Source: an uncultured Candidatus Actinomarina sp. (GTDB lineage Bacteria; Actinomycetota; Acidimicrobiia; Actinomarinales; Actinomarinaceae). From it: a stretch of DNA of 64,000 nt. The stretch spans positions 116-64,115 of the forward strand of contig CACJIM010000005.1 of NCBI GenBank assembly GCA_902593475.1, read 5' to 3'. The notes beneath the pieces were generated by a model. That model saw nothing but the letters and a program-made list of their open reading frames with translations. It was not told where the DNA came from and ran no database searches. Shown one piece after another: positions 24,934 through 33,018 of the stretch; positions within the stretch are counted from its first letter, which is position 1; the number at the start of each line of letters is the position of its first letter. Both the position numbers and the translations under genes were made by a program.

Positions 24934-25858
24934 TTTAGTAAATAAAGTAGCAGAGATTTTAAACGCACCAGTTGACTTGGTGCAGCGTTCAGCGGAAGCA
25001 AGGGCTGCTGCCTCTGGAGTTTCAGTTGATGACGTTTTAAGTTCTTGGGCTGGTGGCGAAAGTGTAGCTGCATCCGCTCCAAAAGAAGAAGCTCCTGTTG
25101 AAGAGGCTCCAAAAGAAGAAGTTGTTGTTGAAGAAACAGTTGAAGAAGAAGCTCCTGTTGAAGAGGCTCCAAAAGAAGAAGTTGTTGTTGCAACTGCTGT
25201 AACACGACAAGTAACTAAATCTATTTCCTTTGCTAATGAAACAATGGGTATAAAAATTAATTCAGAAAACCTTCTTCCTAAGTGGCTCAACTTTAGTTTT
25301 ATTATCATTCCATTATTTATCCTCATAGGACTTATTAGCTCTTCTAACACACAAGAGTGCGGTGAAAGAGGGATGCTAAATGTTGATAGAAAGTCGCAAG
25401 AGGCTGTAAATTGTGATGGATCTCCCTATGAAGGTAGAGGTGTTGCTGCAACAAACACAGTAAATTATATTGCACTCGGTCAAGAAGTTTATGCTGGTGC
25501 TGCTGCGTGTGCTGGCTGTCACGGAGGTGGCGGTGGCGGTGGAGTTGGTCCAGCATTTACTGGTGGTGCGTTATATACCACTTTCCCAACATGTGCAGAC
25601 CACACTAAATGGATTCAACTCGGATCTGCAGGTTGGCAAGCTGAAGTAGGACCTACTTATGGTGCTGAAGATACAGTCTCTATTGGAGGAATGCCAGGAT
25701 TTCAAGGAAAGCTGACAGAAGATGAATTATATGCTGTTGTTGTTTTTGAAAGAGTAGTTTTTGGAGGCGGAAACACTGAAGAAGTACTTAGTGACTGTGG
25801 GCTTTTAGAAACTGAAGAGGAAGACGTAACCACAGAGGCTGTTAGCTCAACTCCTTAA
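24926..25858 (+). CDS. Membrane-anchored class I monoheme cytochrome c (CcoP-domain-like) with N-terminal 'RSAEARA' module
   Basis: 'CAGCHGGGGGGGVGPAF' plus 'GGMPGF' (Met ligand). TM segment 'FSFIIIPLFILIGLISS'. 8-nt overlap with the upstream gene. Confidence 0.85.
   Translation: MSDLVNKVAEILNAPVDLVQRSAEARAAASGVSVDDVLSSWAGGESVAASAPKEEAPVEEAPKEEVVVEETVEEEAPVEEAPKEEVVVATAVTRQVTKSISFANETMGIKINSENLLPKWLNFSFIIIPLFILIGLISSSNTQECGERGMLNVDRKSQEAVNCDGSPYEGRGVAATNTVNYIALGQEVYAGAAACAGCHGGGGGGGVGPAFTGGALYTTFPTCADHTKWIQLGSAGWQAEVGPTYGAEDTVSIGGMPGFQGKLTEDELYAVVVFERVVFGGGNTEEVLSDCGLLETEEEDVTTEAVSSTP
25083..25190 (+). repeat. 48-bp exact direct repeat at 60-bp period (25083..25130 and 25143..25190), in frame
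   Basis: aagaagaagctcctgttgaagaggctccaaaagaagaagttgttgttg occurs twice and encodes EEAPVEEAPKEEVVV. Confidence 0.95.
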
Positions 25859-26265
25859 TGAAAAAGTTCTCACTTCTATATATATTTGTTTTCTTTGATG
25901 GATTATCTGTTGCCTCAAGTTCACTATTTGGATTTTTCTTTCCAAAACTATTTTCTGATATATTTGGAGCAAATTTTCAAGGCAATGATTTAGTTTGGCT
26001 GAAATTTGTTCTTCTACCTGGAGTAGCAATAAATGTTCTTCTTATGTTTTTTGCATTAACTAAAAATAGGCCGGGTATTTTACTCTCAAATTTTCTAAGA
26101 GTTTTTACAACTGTAAGTTACTTATTTATGTGGGGAGAGGCAACAATTATTAGGTCTTTATTAAACCTTATTATTATCCATCATGTAATTGTTGTGACAA
26201 CTACTTTTGTTTTATATTTTAAAAAAGAAGATAACACAACCTCGGAGGAACTCAATTCAATTTAA
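25858..26265 (+). CDS. Small 4-TM membrane protein, translationally coupled to the cytochrome c gene
   Basis: TAATG stop/start overlap. 135 aa, hydrophobic. No family motif. Confidence 0.5.
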   Translation: MKKFSLLYIFVFFDGLSVASSSLFGFFFPKLFSDIFGANFQGNDLVWLKFVLLPGVAINVLLMFFALTKNRPGILLSNFLRVFTTVSYLFMWGEATIIRSLLNLIIIHHVIVVTTTFVLYFKKEDNTTSEELNSI

Positions 26266-26392
26266 CTTGTTATAAAAAACAGGTTTGTTTCTTTCTAAAA
26301 CTTAATTAAAATTTTTTTATGCTACCTGTAATTTATTTTCACATAGCTCTCGTTGCTATCAGTGCGCTTTTGTTTTACGTAATCCTTCAATA

Positions 26393-26833
26393 ATGGTTAA
26401 ACAAAAACGAGAGAAAAGAGTCGTAGGATGGAAAGAGCATGCGGCTTTACCTGATCTAAATGTTAAAAGTGTTATTGCAAAAATAGACACTGGAGCAACA
26501 TTAGCTTCAATTGATGCTGCCGATATAAAAATTGTTACTAGAAATAAGGTCAAATACGTAAAGTTCAAGGTAATGAAAAGAAATAATACAGTAAGAAAAA
26601 CATCTGCTCCACTAGAGGGATATAAAAGGATAAAAAGTTCTAATGGTGATGTTGAGAGAAGACCCTATATAAAAACAACTCTATTAATGGATGGGATTTC
26701 TAAAAAAATAGAACTCACATTAACTGACAGAGGCCCAATGGATTACACAATGCTTATTGGAAGAAAAGCATTAGGTAGAAGATGGGTAGTTAACCCATCT
26801 ATAAGTTTTCTAACAAAGCCTGATGGAAATTAA
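26393..26833 (+). CDS. RimB-like retropepsin-fold protease (DUF785, RimK-associated)
   Basis: 'GWKEHAALPDLNVKSVIAKIDTGATLASIDA' carries the DTGA aspartic-protease motif. It lies directly upstream of rimK. Confidence 0.65.
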   Translation: MVKQKREKRVVGWKEHAALPDLNVKSVIAKIDTGATLASIDAADIKIVTRNKVKYVKFKVMKRNNTVRKTSAPLEGYKRIKSSNGDVERRPYIKTTLLMDGISKKIELTLTDRGPMDYTMLIGRKALGRRWVVNPSISFLTKPDGN

Positions 26834-26835
26834 AT

Positions 26836-27738
26836 ATGAAACTTGGAATACTTTCGCAGGATATAAGACTTTATTCAACAAGTAGGCTTTATGAATCGGC
26901 TAAAAACAGAGGTCATGATACAGAAGTAGTCAGTTATTTACGCTGTTATATGAACATAGCAAAAGCTAAACCTCGAATCTTCTTTCAAGGTAGGCAAATG
27001 AATTTTGATGTGGTGATTCCAAGAATTGCTGCAACATGGACTTTTTATGGAGCTGCGGTTGTTAGACAGTTTGAATTAATGGGAGCTTTGTCTGCAAACT
27101 CTTCGGCCTCAATTAGTAGATCAAGAGATAAATTGAGAGCATTACAGTTAATTGGAAATAGTGGTGTTGAAATGCCTATTACAGGATATGTTCATCTTTC
27201 AAGAGACATAGAGTCAGTATTAAAAACTGTTGGTGAACCTCCATACGTCATTAAGTTGCTTGAAGGAACTCAAGGAAGAGGAGTTGTATTAACCGAAACT
27301 ATGGAAGCTGCGATTAGTGCTATAGAAACAATGAAAAAGATTGATGCAAACATATTAATTCAAGAGTTTATAAGCGAGTCCAAAGGAGAAGACATCAGAG
27401 CAATTGTTGTTGGTGATAAAGTTGTAGCCTCGATGAAACGTAAAGCCAAGCCTGGAGAGTTTCGTTCAAATGTTCATCTAGGTGGAAGCGTTGAAAATTA
27501 TGAATTAAACGAACAAGAAAAAGAAAGTGCAATTAAGGCAGCAAAAGTACTTGGCCTTTCTGTTGCTGGAGTTGATTTAATTCAATCAAATAGAGGTCCA
27601 CTGGTGTTAGAGGTTAATTCTTCACCTGGATTAGAGGGAATTGAAAAAGCTAGTGGTATAGATGTTGCTGATAAGATCATCGAATACCTAGAATATGAAC
27701 ACAGCAACAGAGATAAATCTAAACCAATAGATATTTAA
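26836..27738 (+). CDS. rimK: RimK-family ATP-grasp alpha-L-glutamate ligase
   Basis: 300 aa. 'YVIKLLEGTQGRGVVL', 'ILIQEFI..SKGEDIRAIVVG', 'EFRSNVHLGG' and 'AGVDLI.....PLVLEVNSSPGLEGIE'. Confidence 0.88.
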   Translation: MKLGILSQDIRLYSTSRLYESAKNRGHDTEVVSYLRCYMNIAKAKPRIFFQGRQMNFDVVIPRIAATWTFYGAAVVRQFELMGALSANSSASISRSRDKLRALQLIGNSGVEMPITGYVHLSRDIESVLKTVGEPPYVIKLLEGTQGRGVVLTETMEAAISAIETMKKIDANILIQEFISESKGEDIRAIVVGDKVVASMKRKAKPGEFRSNVHLGGSVENYELNEQEKESAIKAAKVLGLSVAGVDLIQSNRGPLVLEVNSSPGLEGIEKASGIDVADKIIEYLEYEHSNRDKSKPIDI

Positions 27739-27956
27739 AAAAATAAATTTTTTACAATAGACAATCTAGAGAATATTCCCTCGACCAAAACTTTATCATT
27801 TTTGATTAGTACAGGAACTCTTAATAAATATTCTTTGTACTCACTCTGAACATCAACTATTTTTATTGAAAAAAATAGTTTTAAAAAACCAATTTTTTTT
27901 TCAGCTTTATTGCAAAGCTCACAATTCTCTGTTGTAACAAAAATTAATTCAGACAT
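27735..27956 (-). CDS. Glutaredoxin-like small protein (DUF836-type)
   Basis: 73 aa with a 'TTENCELCNKA' CxxC motif and 'VPVLI'. Confidence 0.5.
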   Translation of the reverse strand: MSELIFVTTENCELCNKAEKKIGFLKLFFSIKIVDVQSEYKEYLLRVPVLIKNDKVLVEGIFSRLSIVKNLFF

Positions 27957-28048
27957 GTATTATGTACTCATGAGGCCATGGACTTTAGTATTCATAATTT
28001 TGCTAGTGCTAATTATTTTTATATCTGGTTCAATAGCCATCTCTAATT

Positions 28049-28852
28049 TCAGACTTTAATAGTAACTTTTGAATTGTCTTTGCAGTTAAGTAACTTTTGT
28101 GCATTTCCATTACTTAAAAACAATGAAACCATTCCCCAAGAGTCAACAACAATTCCAATTGCGCCAATTTTTTCATTTTTATAGTTATCACACCAATTAG
28201 CTGTTAACTCCTGATTATCAACCTTTAATGATATAGAATCGCCTATCTTATAATTTTTATCACTAAGTTCTTGCGGTGAAATATTAGTTTGGCAATTTCC
28301 AAACTCATCAATATATAAGATCTCACCTTTAATTTCTTCATCTGTAATATCTGTCAGTGGAATTAGGTACTGATTTAAATCTTCAAGGTTTAATTCTTTT
28401 CCAAAATCTTCTAGTTTTAATTGTCCAGAAGCATATCCAGCTGCAAATGGAGCAAATATGTCTCTCGCATGAAAGGTATTTCCTTCATGAGGGATAATCC
28501 AATTTTCATTTTCTAATTCAAAAGCTTGCTTTGCTCCACCAACGGTTGCACAAGCTAGATTTAATAACCCATTGTCTGGGCCAATCATTACTCCCCAATC
28601 AGTTGTTATAGCTATTGCTTTCCTGTTAGTTCCTACACCAGGATCAACTACAGCAAGCAATACTCCTTGCGGTATATACTGAATTGCTCTCATTAAAAGA
28701 AGGCTTCCGTATTTTATATCTTGAGGTGGAATTCCGTGAGAAATATCATTTACTTTTAGTGAATCATCTATTCTGCTAATTACCCCTTTTACAACCCCTA
28801 CAGACCCATCATTTAGTCCAAAATCAGATGCAAAAGAAATAATTTTACTCAT
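28049..28852 (-). CDS. SAM hydrolase / SAM-dependent halogenase family protein (DUF62)
   Basis: 'ISFASDFGLNDGSVGVVKGVI', 'VVDPGVGTNRK' and a C-terminal beta-barrel region. Confidence 0.75.
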   Translation of the reverse strand: MSKIISFASDFGLNDGSVGVVKGVISRIDDSLKVNDISHGIPPQDIKYGSLLLMRAIQYIPQGVLLAVVDPGVGTNRKAIAITTDWGVMIGPDNGLLNLACATVGGAKQAFELENENWIIPHEGNTFHARDIFAPFAAGYASGQLKLEDFGKELNLEDLNQYLIPLTDITDEEIKGEILYIDEFGNCQTNISPQELSDKNYKIGDSISLKVDNQELTANWCDNYKNEKIGAIGIVVDSWGMVSLFLSNGNAQKLLNCKDNSKVTIKV

Positions 28853-28901
28853 AGAAATGATTATAAGTTCACTTGAAAGTATTAATAGTGTAATCTTATA
28901 A

Positions 28902-29864
28902 ATGCGGGGGGAGATAATTAAAAAGTTTTTAGCATTTTTTCTAGTTTTACTAGTTGCTATATATTTTGGAGTAGGCTGGTTTGCTTACGGGCAAGCAGCA
29001 TCAGTGCCGTGTGATGTGTGGTATGAAGAAGCCAATAATACACCAAGTAACTGGTCATTAGGAACAAAAGCTGAATGGGATCCATCAGATTACTTTATTG
29101 ATGGTTATGAAGAGGTGACCATCTTGGCTGATGGTGGTGAGATTGAGCTTAATTCCTGGTGGGTTGAGAACGATTTATCAAACCCAACAATAATTTTTAT
29201 ACATGGTTTAACAAGTAGTAAAAACTCGCCTGACATACTTTTGCCAATGGGTATTTTAAATAAAAACGATTTTAATTTATTAGCAATAGATATTAGAGAC
29301 CACGGAAAAAGTACATGTGAAGATGGCTTTTATGCAGCAGGGCAAAATGAAACTGATGATGTTGTAGCAGCTATAGACTGGTTGAAAAATAAGGGAGTGA
29401 AATCATCCAGTATTGGAATTTATGGAAGTTCTTTAGGTGCACTAATTGCATTAATGACGCCAGCTAAAAGTAATGACTTTGGCTCTATTGCTGTCATAGA
29501 TCCTCCTGTAGATTTTAAAACGCTTGTTCGAGAGGAAATGGCGTATCAAGGTCTTCCAACTTTTTTGTGGGAACCTATCTATCATTATGCTGGCATATTT
29601 AAAGGTATAAATATGTTAAAAGATATTCCAGAAGAAGCATTAGCTAAAGGTAACAAACAGCCCCTACTTATATTTACAGGATTGCTAAACGAAAGGGTGC
29701 TACCCCATCACTCCGATGACTTGGTTAATATAGCTATTCAAAACAATATTGAATACGATATACATAAATACACAGATATGAATCACACTCAAATTTTATA
29801 TTTTTACACTGATGAATATTCTCAGATACTTACTGACTTTTATGAAAGGACACTCAATGGTTAA
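28902..29864 (+). CDS. Membrane-anchored alpha/beta-hydrolase
   Basis: Signal anchor, 'IIFIHGLTSS' (oxyanion HG), 'IYGSSLGA' (GxSxG) and C-terminal 'MNH'. Confidence 0.7.
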   Translation: MRGEIIKKFLAFFLVLLVAIYFGVGWFAYGQAASVPCDVWYEEANNTPSNWSLGTKAEWDPSDYFIDGYEEVTILADGGEIELNSWWVENDLSNPTIIFIHGLTSSKNSPDILLPMGILNKNDFNLLAIDIRDHGKSTCEDGFYAAGQNETDDVVAAIDWLKNKGVKSSSIGIYGSSLGALIALMTPAKSNDFGSIAVIDPPVDFKTLVREEMAYQGLPTFLWEPIYHYAGIFKGINMLKDIPEEALAKGNKQPLLIFTGLLNERVLPHHSDDLVNIAIQNNIEYDIHKYTDMNHTQILYFYTDEYSQILTDFYERTLNG

Positions 29865-31071
29865 AAAGCTTGGATATGTATTTATTATTTTTATTTTTGT
29901 TGCTTTAGGAGGCGCCGGTTGGTTTTTTTCAGGTGTTATATATGAAGGTGGATTAAATCCAGATTTCAATGACACTGAAAGCATCGGTACTGCTGAAGAC
30001 AGGGTTCTTGTTTCAAGTATAAGTAACAACTCTATTGTTTTAAATGTAGAAGAAGAAATGTGGGGTCCACTTTTAGAAAAGGGAATATATGGAATAATAG
30101 GGCAAAATGGAGATGCTATTGTTGGAGATATAATTTCAACTAATGGAACTTTTGTTGAAAGAAGCCTCATAAATCTAAATGGCACATTGGTTGAAGGGGA
30201 TAAAATTAGAGGAACGAGCCTTGTAGTTCGAGAGGATACAGGTGAGTTTAAAATTCTTGGAACTTCTAGCTGGTCTGGTCAAGCTTCTGAAGGAGTTTAT
30301 ACTCCAAAGTCTGTCTCTGGTCTTGACTATGAAACTATTTACTATCAATCTGACCTTGGTGAATTTCCTGCTTACTTAACTAATGATGGCGATGTTGGAA
30401 TTGTAATTTTTGTACACGGTTTTAGAGGAGATTACTCAAGAGAAGTTTTCGCAAAAATGAGAGCTGGTGAGATTGCAGATATGGGGTATAGATCAATGAT
30501 TATCTCATATAGGAATGATAAAGGCCTTCCGAAGGATCCTTCTGGTATTTTTCAATATGGCACGACTGAATGGAAAGATATTGATGGAGCAATCGATAAG
30601 GCTCTAGAGTTCACTGATAATGTAGTGCTTTGGGGTACAAGTGGTGGAGGTGGCCCAATCTCCTCATGGTTAGGAAATGTTGGAGATAAAAGTAAAGTTA
30701 AAGGAATCATTTATGAAGCACCCGTGATTAATTTCTGGGAAAGCGTTGAGGTAAATGGCGCAGCAAGATATCCATGGGTTCCTCAACAGTTATTTGGTTA
30801 TTTCAAAATTTTTACAGAAATTAGATATGGTATAGATTTTGAAAATATGAACTTTACTGACAATGTAATAAACTCAGATATTCCTGTGTTGCTGTTTCAT
30901 GGTGATGATGATGAGTGGGTCCCTGTAGAAATGTCAGACTTAATTGCAGAAAATAGAGATACCAACTTTACATATATACGTTACCAAAACGTTGGTCATG
31001 TTACTTCTTGGAATGCAGATCCTGATAATTATGTCTACCAATTAGATACTTTTTTGTCCGGTTTAGATTAA
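29857..31071 (+). CDS. Membrane-anchored alpha/beta-hydrolase (second, larger paralogous type)
   Basis: 'VIFVHGFRGD', 'LWGTSGGG', 'LLFHGDDDEWVP' and 'VGH'. Start moved to Met at 29857 (MVKKLGYVFIIF.. signal anchor), overlapping the upstream stop by 8 nt. Confidence 0.7.
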   Translation: MVKKLGYVFIIFIFVALGGAGWFFSGVIYEGGLNPDFNDTESIGTAEDRVLVSSISNNSIVLNVEEEMWGPLLEKGIYGIIGQNGDAIVGDIISTNGTFVERSLINLNGTLVEGDKIRGTSLVVREDTGEFKILGTSSWSGQASEGVYTPKSVSGLDYETIYYQSDLGEFPAYLTNDGDVGIVIFVHGFRGDYSREVFAKMRAGEIADMGYRSMIISYRNDKGLPKDPSGIFQYGTTEWKDIDGAIDKALEFTDNVVLWGTSGGGGPISSWLGNVGDKSKVKGIIYEAPVINFWESVEVNGAARYPWVPQQLFGYFKIFTEIRYGIDFENMNFTDNVINSDIPVLLFHGDDDEWVPVEMSDLIAENRDTNFTYIRYQNVGHVTSWNADPDNYVYQLDTFLSGLD

Positions 31072-32201
31072 GCAAAAGCCTTATAAAGATTCTCTATTTC
31101 TGTGGCTGTATTAGCCCAGCTATAAGCTTTTGATTTCTTGAGACAGTTCAACATAATTTCGTCGAATTTGTCATTGTTATTCAATAACTCTTTTACAAAA
31201 TTATTTACATTTCCGTCAATCAGATTGTCCGAATAGTAACCATTTTTGCTGTTCTCAACAATCTCTAACAAAGAACCACTATTAGTTGTTAGAACTGGCA
31301 CACCCATTGCATTAGCTTCAGCTGCTACGAGTCCAAAGGTTTCAAATTTAGATGTATGTATTAATAGTTTTGACTTATTTAATAAATCTCTTATTTCTGT
31401 TTGTGGAAGGTTGTCAAGAAACTCAATATGCGATTCAAGGTTTAAATCTACAACAGTTTGTTTTAATTCTTCTAAATATTCACTACCAGATTTTCCACTT
31501 GGTCCGCCAACAAAATAACAAACAAAATTATTTTCAACTTTTCTAAAATTATCCAAAAACTTAATCGTTTCAATTTGCCCTTTTTGTTCTTGAATTCTTC
31601 CTATGGATAAAAATATATTTTCTCTTTTTATTGTTGAGTCGGGTGAAAATACCTCTACATCAACTCCAGGGGTTATTAGTTTTATCTTGTCAGAGTCAAC
31701 ATTATAATTTTTTAAAATCAGATCTTCTTCAAACAATGAAGATGCTGTAATAACATCTGCCGAAGTCATGATAATTTTTTCACAATCAACTCTTTCTTTG
31801 TTGTACCCATCAAGGAAAATTCCCAAACTATGAGATGTGTAAACAAGCGGTATGTTAAATTTATTTGCAATCTCTTTTCCAACTAAACCAGATAACCAAT
31901 AGTGAGTATGTACTAAATCAAAACTTTCTATATCAATTGATTCGTATAATTTATTTATAAATTCCTGCATATGGATTTCTTTATCTTCAACAGAAAGATC
32001 TTTATCGAATAAATTTAATGACTTAAATTCTAGATTGCCCTTTACAAAGCTCTCTGCCTTTTCAGCAGTTACAATTGTTACAAAATTATTTTTGGATAAT
32101 TGCTCTGAAATTTTCTCAACATAAATATTTAAACCTCCAGAATCATACTTTCCAGCGCTGCCAAAAGGTGCTGTATGAAAGCTAATTTGTAATATTTTCA
32201 T
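31068..32201 (-). CDS. GT4 glycosyltransferase, MshA-like N-terminus
   Basis: 'HTAPFGSAGKYDSGGLNIYVEKIS' (cf. MshA ..GGMNVYV..). C-terminal GT4 'E..G' region 'SKFETFGLVAAEANAMGVPVL'. Confidence 0.75.
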   Translation of the reverse strand: MKILQISFHTAPFGSAGKYDSGGLNIYVEKISEQLSKNNFVTIVTAEKAESFVKGNLEFKSLNLFDKDLSVEDKEIHMQEFINKLYESIDIESFDLVHTHYWLSGLVGKEIANKFNIPLVYTSHSLGIFLDGYNKERVDCEKIIMTSADVITASSLFEEDLILKNYNVDSDKIKLITPGVDVEVFSPDSTIKRENIFLSIGRIQEQKGQIETIKFLDNFRKVENNFVCYFVGGPSGKSGSEYLEELKQTVVDLNLESHIEFLDNLPQTEIRDLLNKSKLLIHTSKFETFGLVAAEANAMGVPVLTTNSGSLLEIVENSKNGYYSDNLIDGNVNNFVKELLNNNDKFDEIMLNCLKKSKAYSWANTATEIENLYKAFA

Positions 32202-33013
32202 AAACTTACATTCAAGTCATACAGTTGAACTGATTTTCCACCTAAATCAAACTTGTATCTTTCAGTACCTTTTAGAAAATCAAAAAAAGACTTGCCATTA
32301 TTAATTAAACCTTGAATTATAAGGTCATTTAAGACAATTCCAGGATTTATTGAATTAAATTCATTATCTCGACTTGAGTTATAAAGATAGCAGCCATTGT
32401 TGTTTTCATAGCAGAACGCAGTAGAGACCACTCCTTTGTCGGTATTTAAATAATAAATTTTCCAACCATCTAGATTGAGAAGTTCTTCAAAATAAGCTTC
32501 AACATTCTCTGTCATAAATTTTCCTTTTTCACCTTTAGATTTTTTATGTTGTGAAACAAAAATTTTAAATATCTCATTTTCACGGGACTCTAGAACTTCA
32601 AATGAATTTACTTGATCTGAGAATTTTCTTTTTTTTCTGTTAAGTTCATGACGATTCTTTTTTGTTAAGATTTGAAGATAATCCTCGTACTGTTCTGGTA
32701 ATGATAAATTTACAGATATGTCTGATTTTTTTACCCTGATTGATTTATAAACTTCCGATCGTAATATTTTTTGAATTTGGAAATAATGTAATGAGTCAAA
32801 ATTAATATTTGAAATAGAATTATCCTCTAAAATTTTCTTACTAATTTCACTTGTAGGTCTGTAATCAACAAAATCTCTATTACCAATATTTACAATTGTT
32901 TTATCTGATATTGCAAAATCTTCAAAAATTAAATCTTGATCATCATTAAATTGTTCTACTAAGTTTAAAAATTCTTTTTTAGTAAATGGTGAGTCTAAAA
33001 CTTGTTTTTCCAC
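32198..33013 (-). CDS. FemAB/CelD-like GNAT-fold acyltransferase (probable)
   Basis: 271 aa with a C-terminal 'FDFLKGTERYKFDLGG' pattern, as in BioF2/CelD-like acetyltransferases. 4-nt overlap with the GT4 gene. Confidence 0.45.
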   Translation of the reverse strand: MEKQVLDSPFTKKEFLNLVEQFNDDQDLIFEDFAISDKTIVNIGNRDFVDYRPTSEISKKILEDNSISNINFDSLHYFQIQKILRSEVYKSIRVKKSDISVNLSLPEQYEDYLQILTKKNRHELNRKKRKFSDQVNSFEVLESRENEIFKIFVSQHKKSKGEKGKFMTENVEAYFEELLNLDGWKIYYLNTDKGVVSTAFCYENNNGCYLYNSSRDNEFNSINPGIVLNDLIIQGLINNGKSFFDFLKGTERYKFDLGGKSVQLYDLNVSL

Positions 33014-33018
33014 AAAAC

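Noticed and set aside
24900-25350. Minus-strand ORFs (101 and 142 aa) across the start of the second cytochrome c gene, and 24005..24322 across the first.
   Set aside because: They are antisense to the Glu/Pro/Val-rich linker regions, whose repeats keep the opposite frame open. They have no independent support.
25527-25550. Gly7 run (CAGCHGGGGGGGVG) right after the heme-binding motif, considered as a possible slippage tract.
   Set aside because: It is encoded by mixed ggn codons (ggaggtggcggtggcggtgga), not a homopolymer, so it is not slippage-prone. It is likely a structural loop.
27971-28060. Tiny 29-aa hydrophobic ORF (MRPWTLVFIILLVLIIFISGSIAISNFRL) between the Grx-like and SAM-hydrolase genes.
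   Set aside because: It is very short, has no RBS that I can see, and overlaps the 3' end of the convergent gene. I cannot support it without conservation data.
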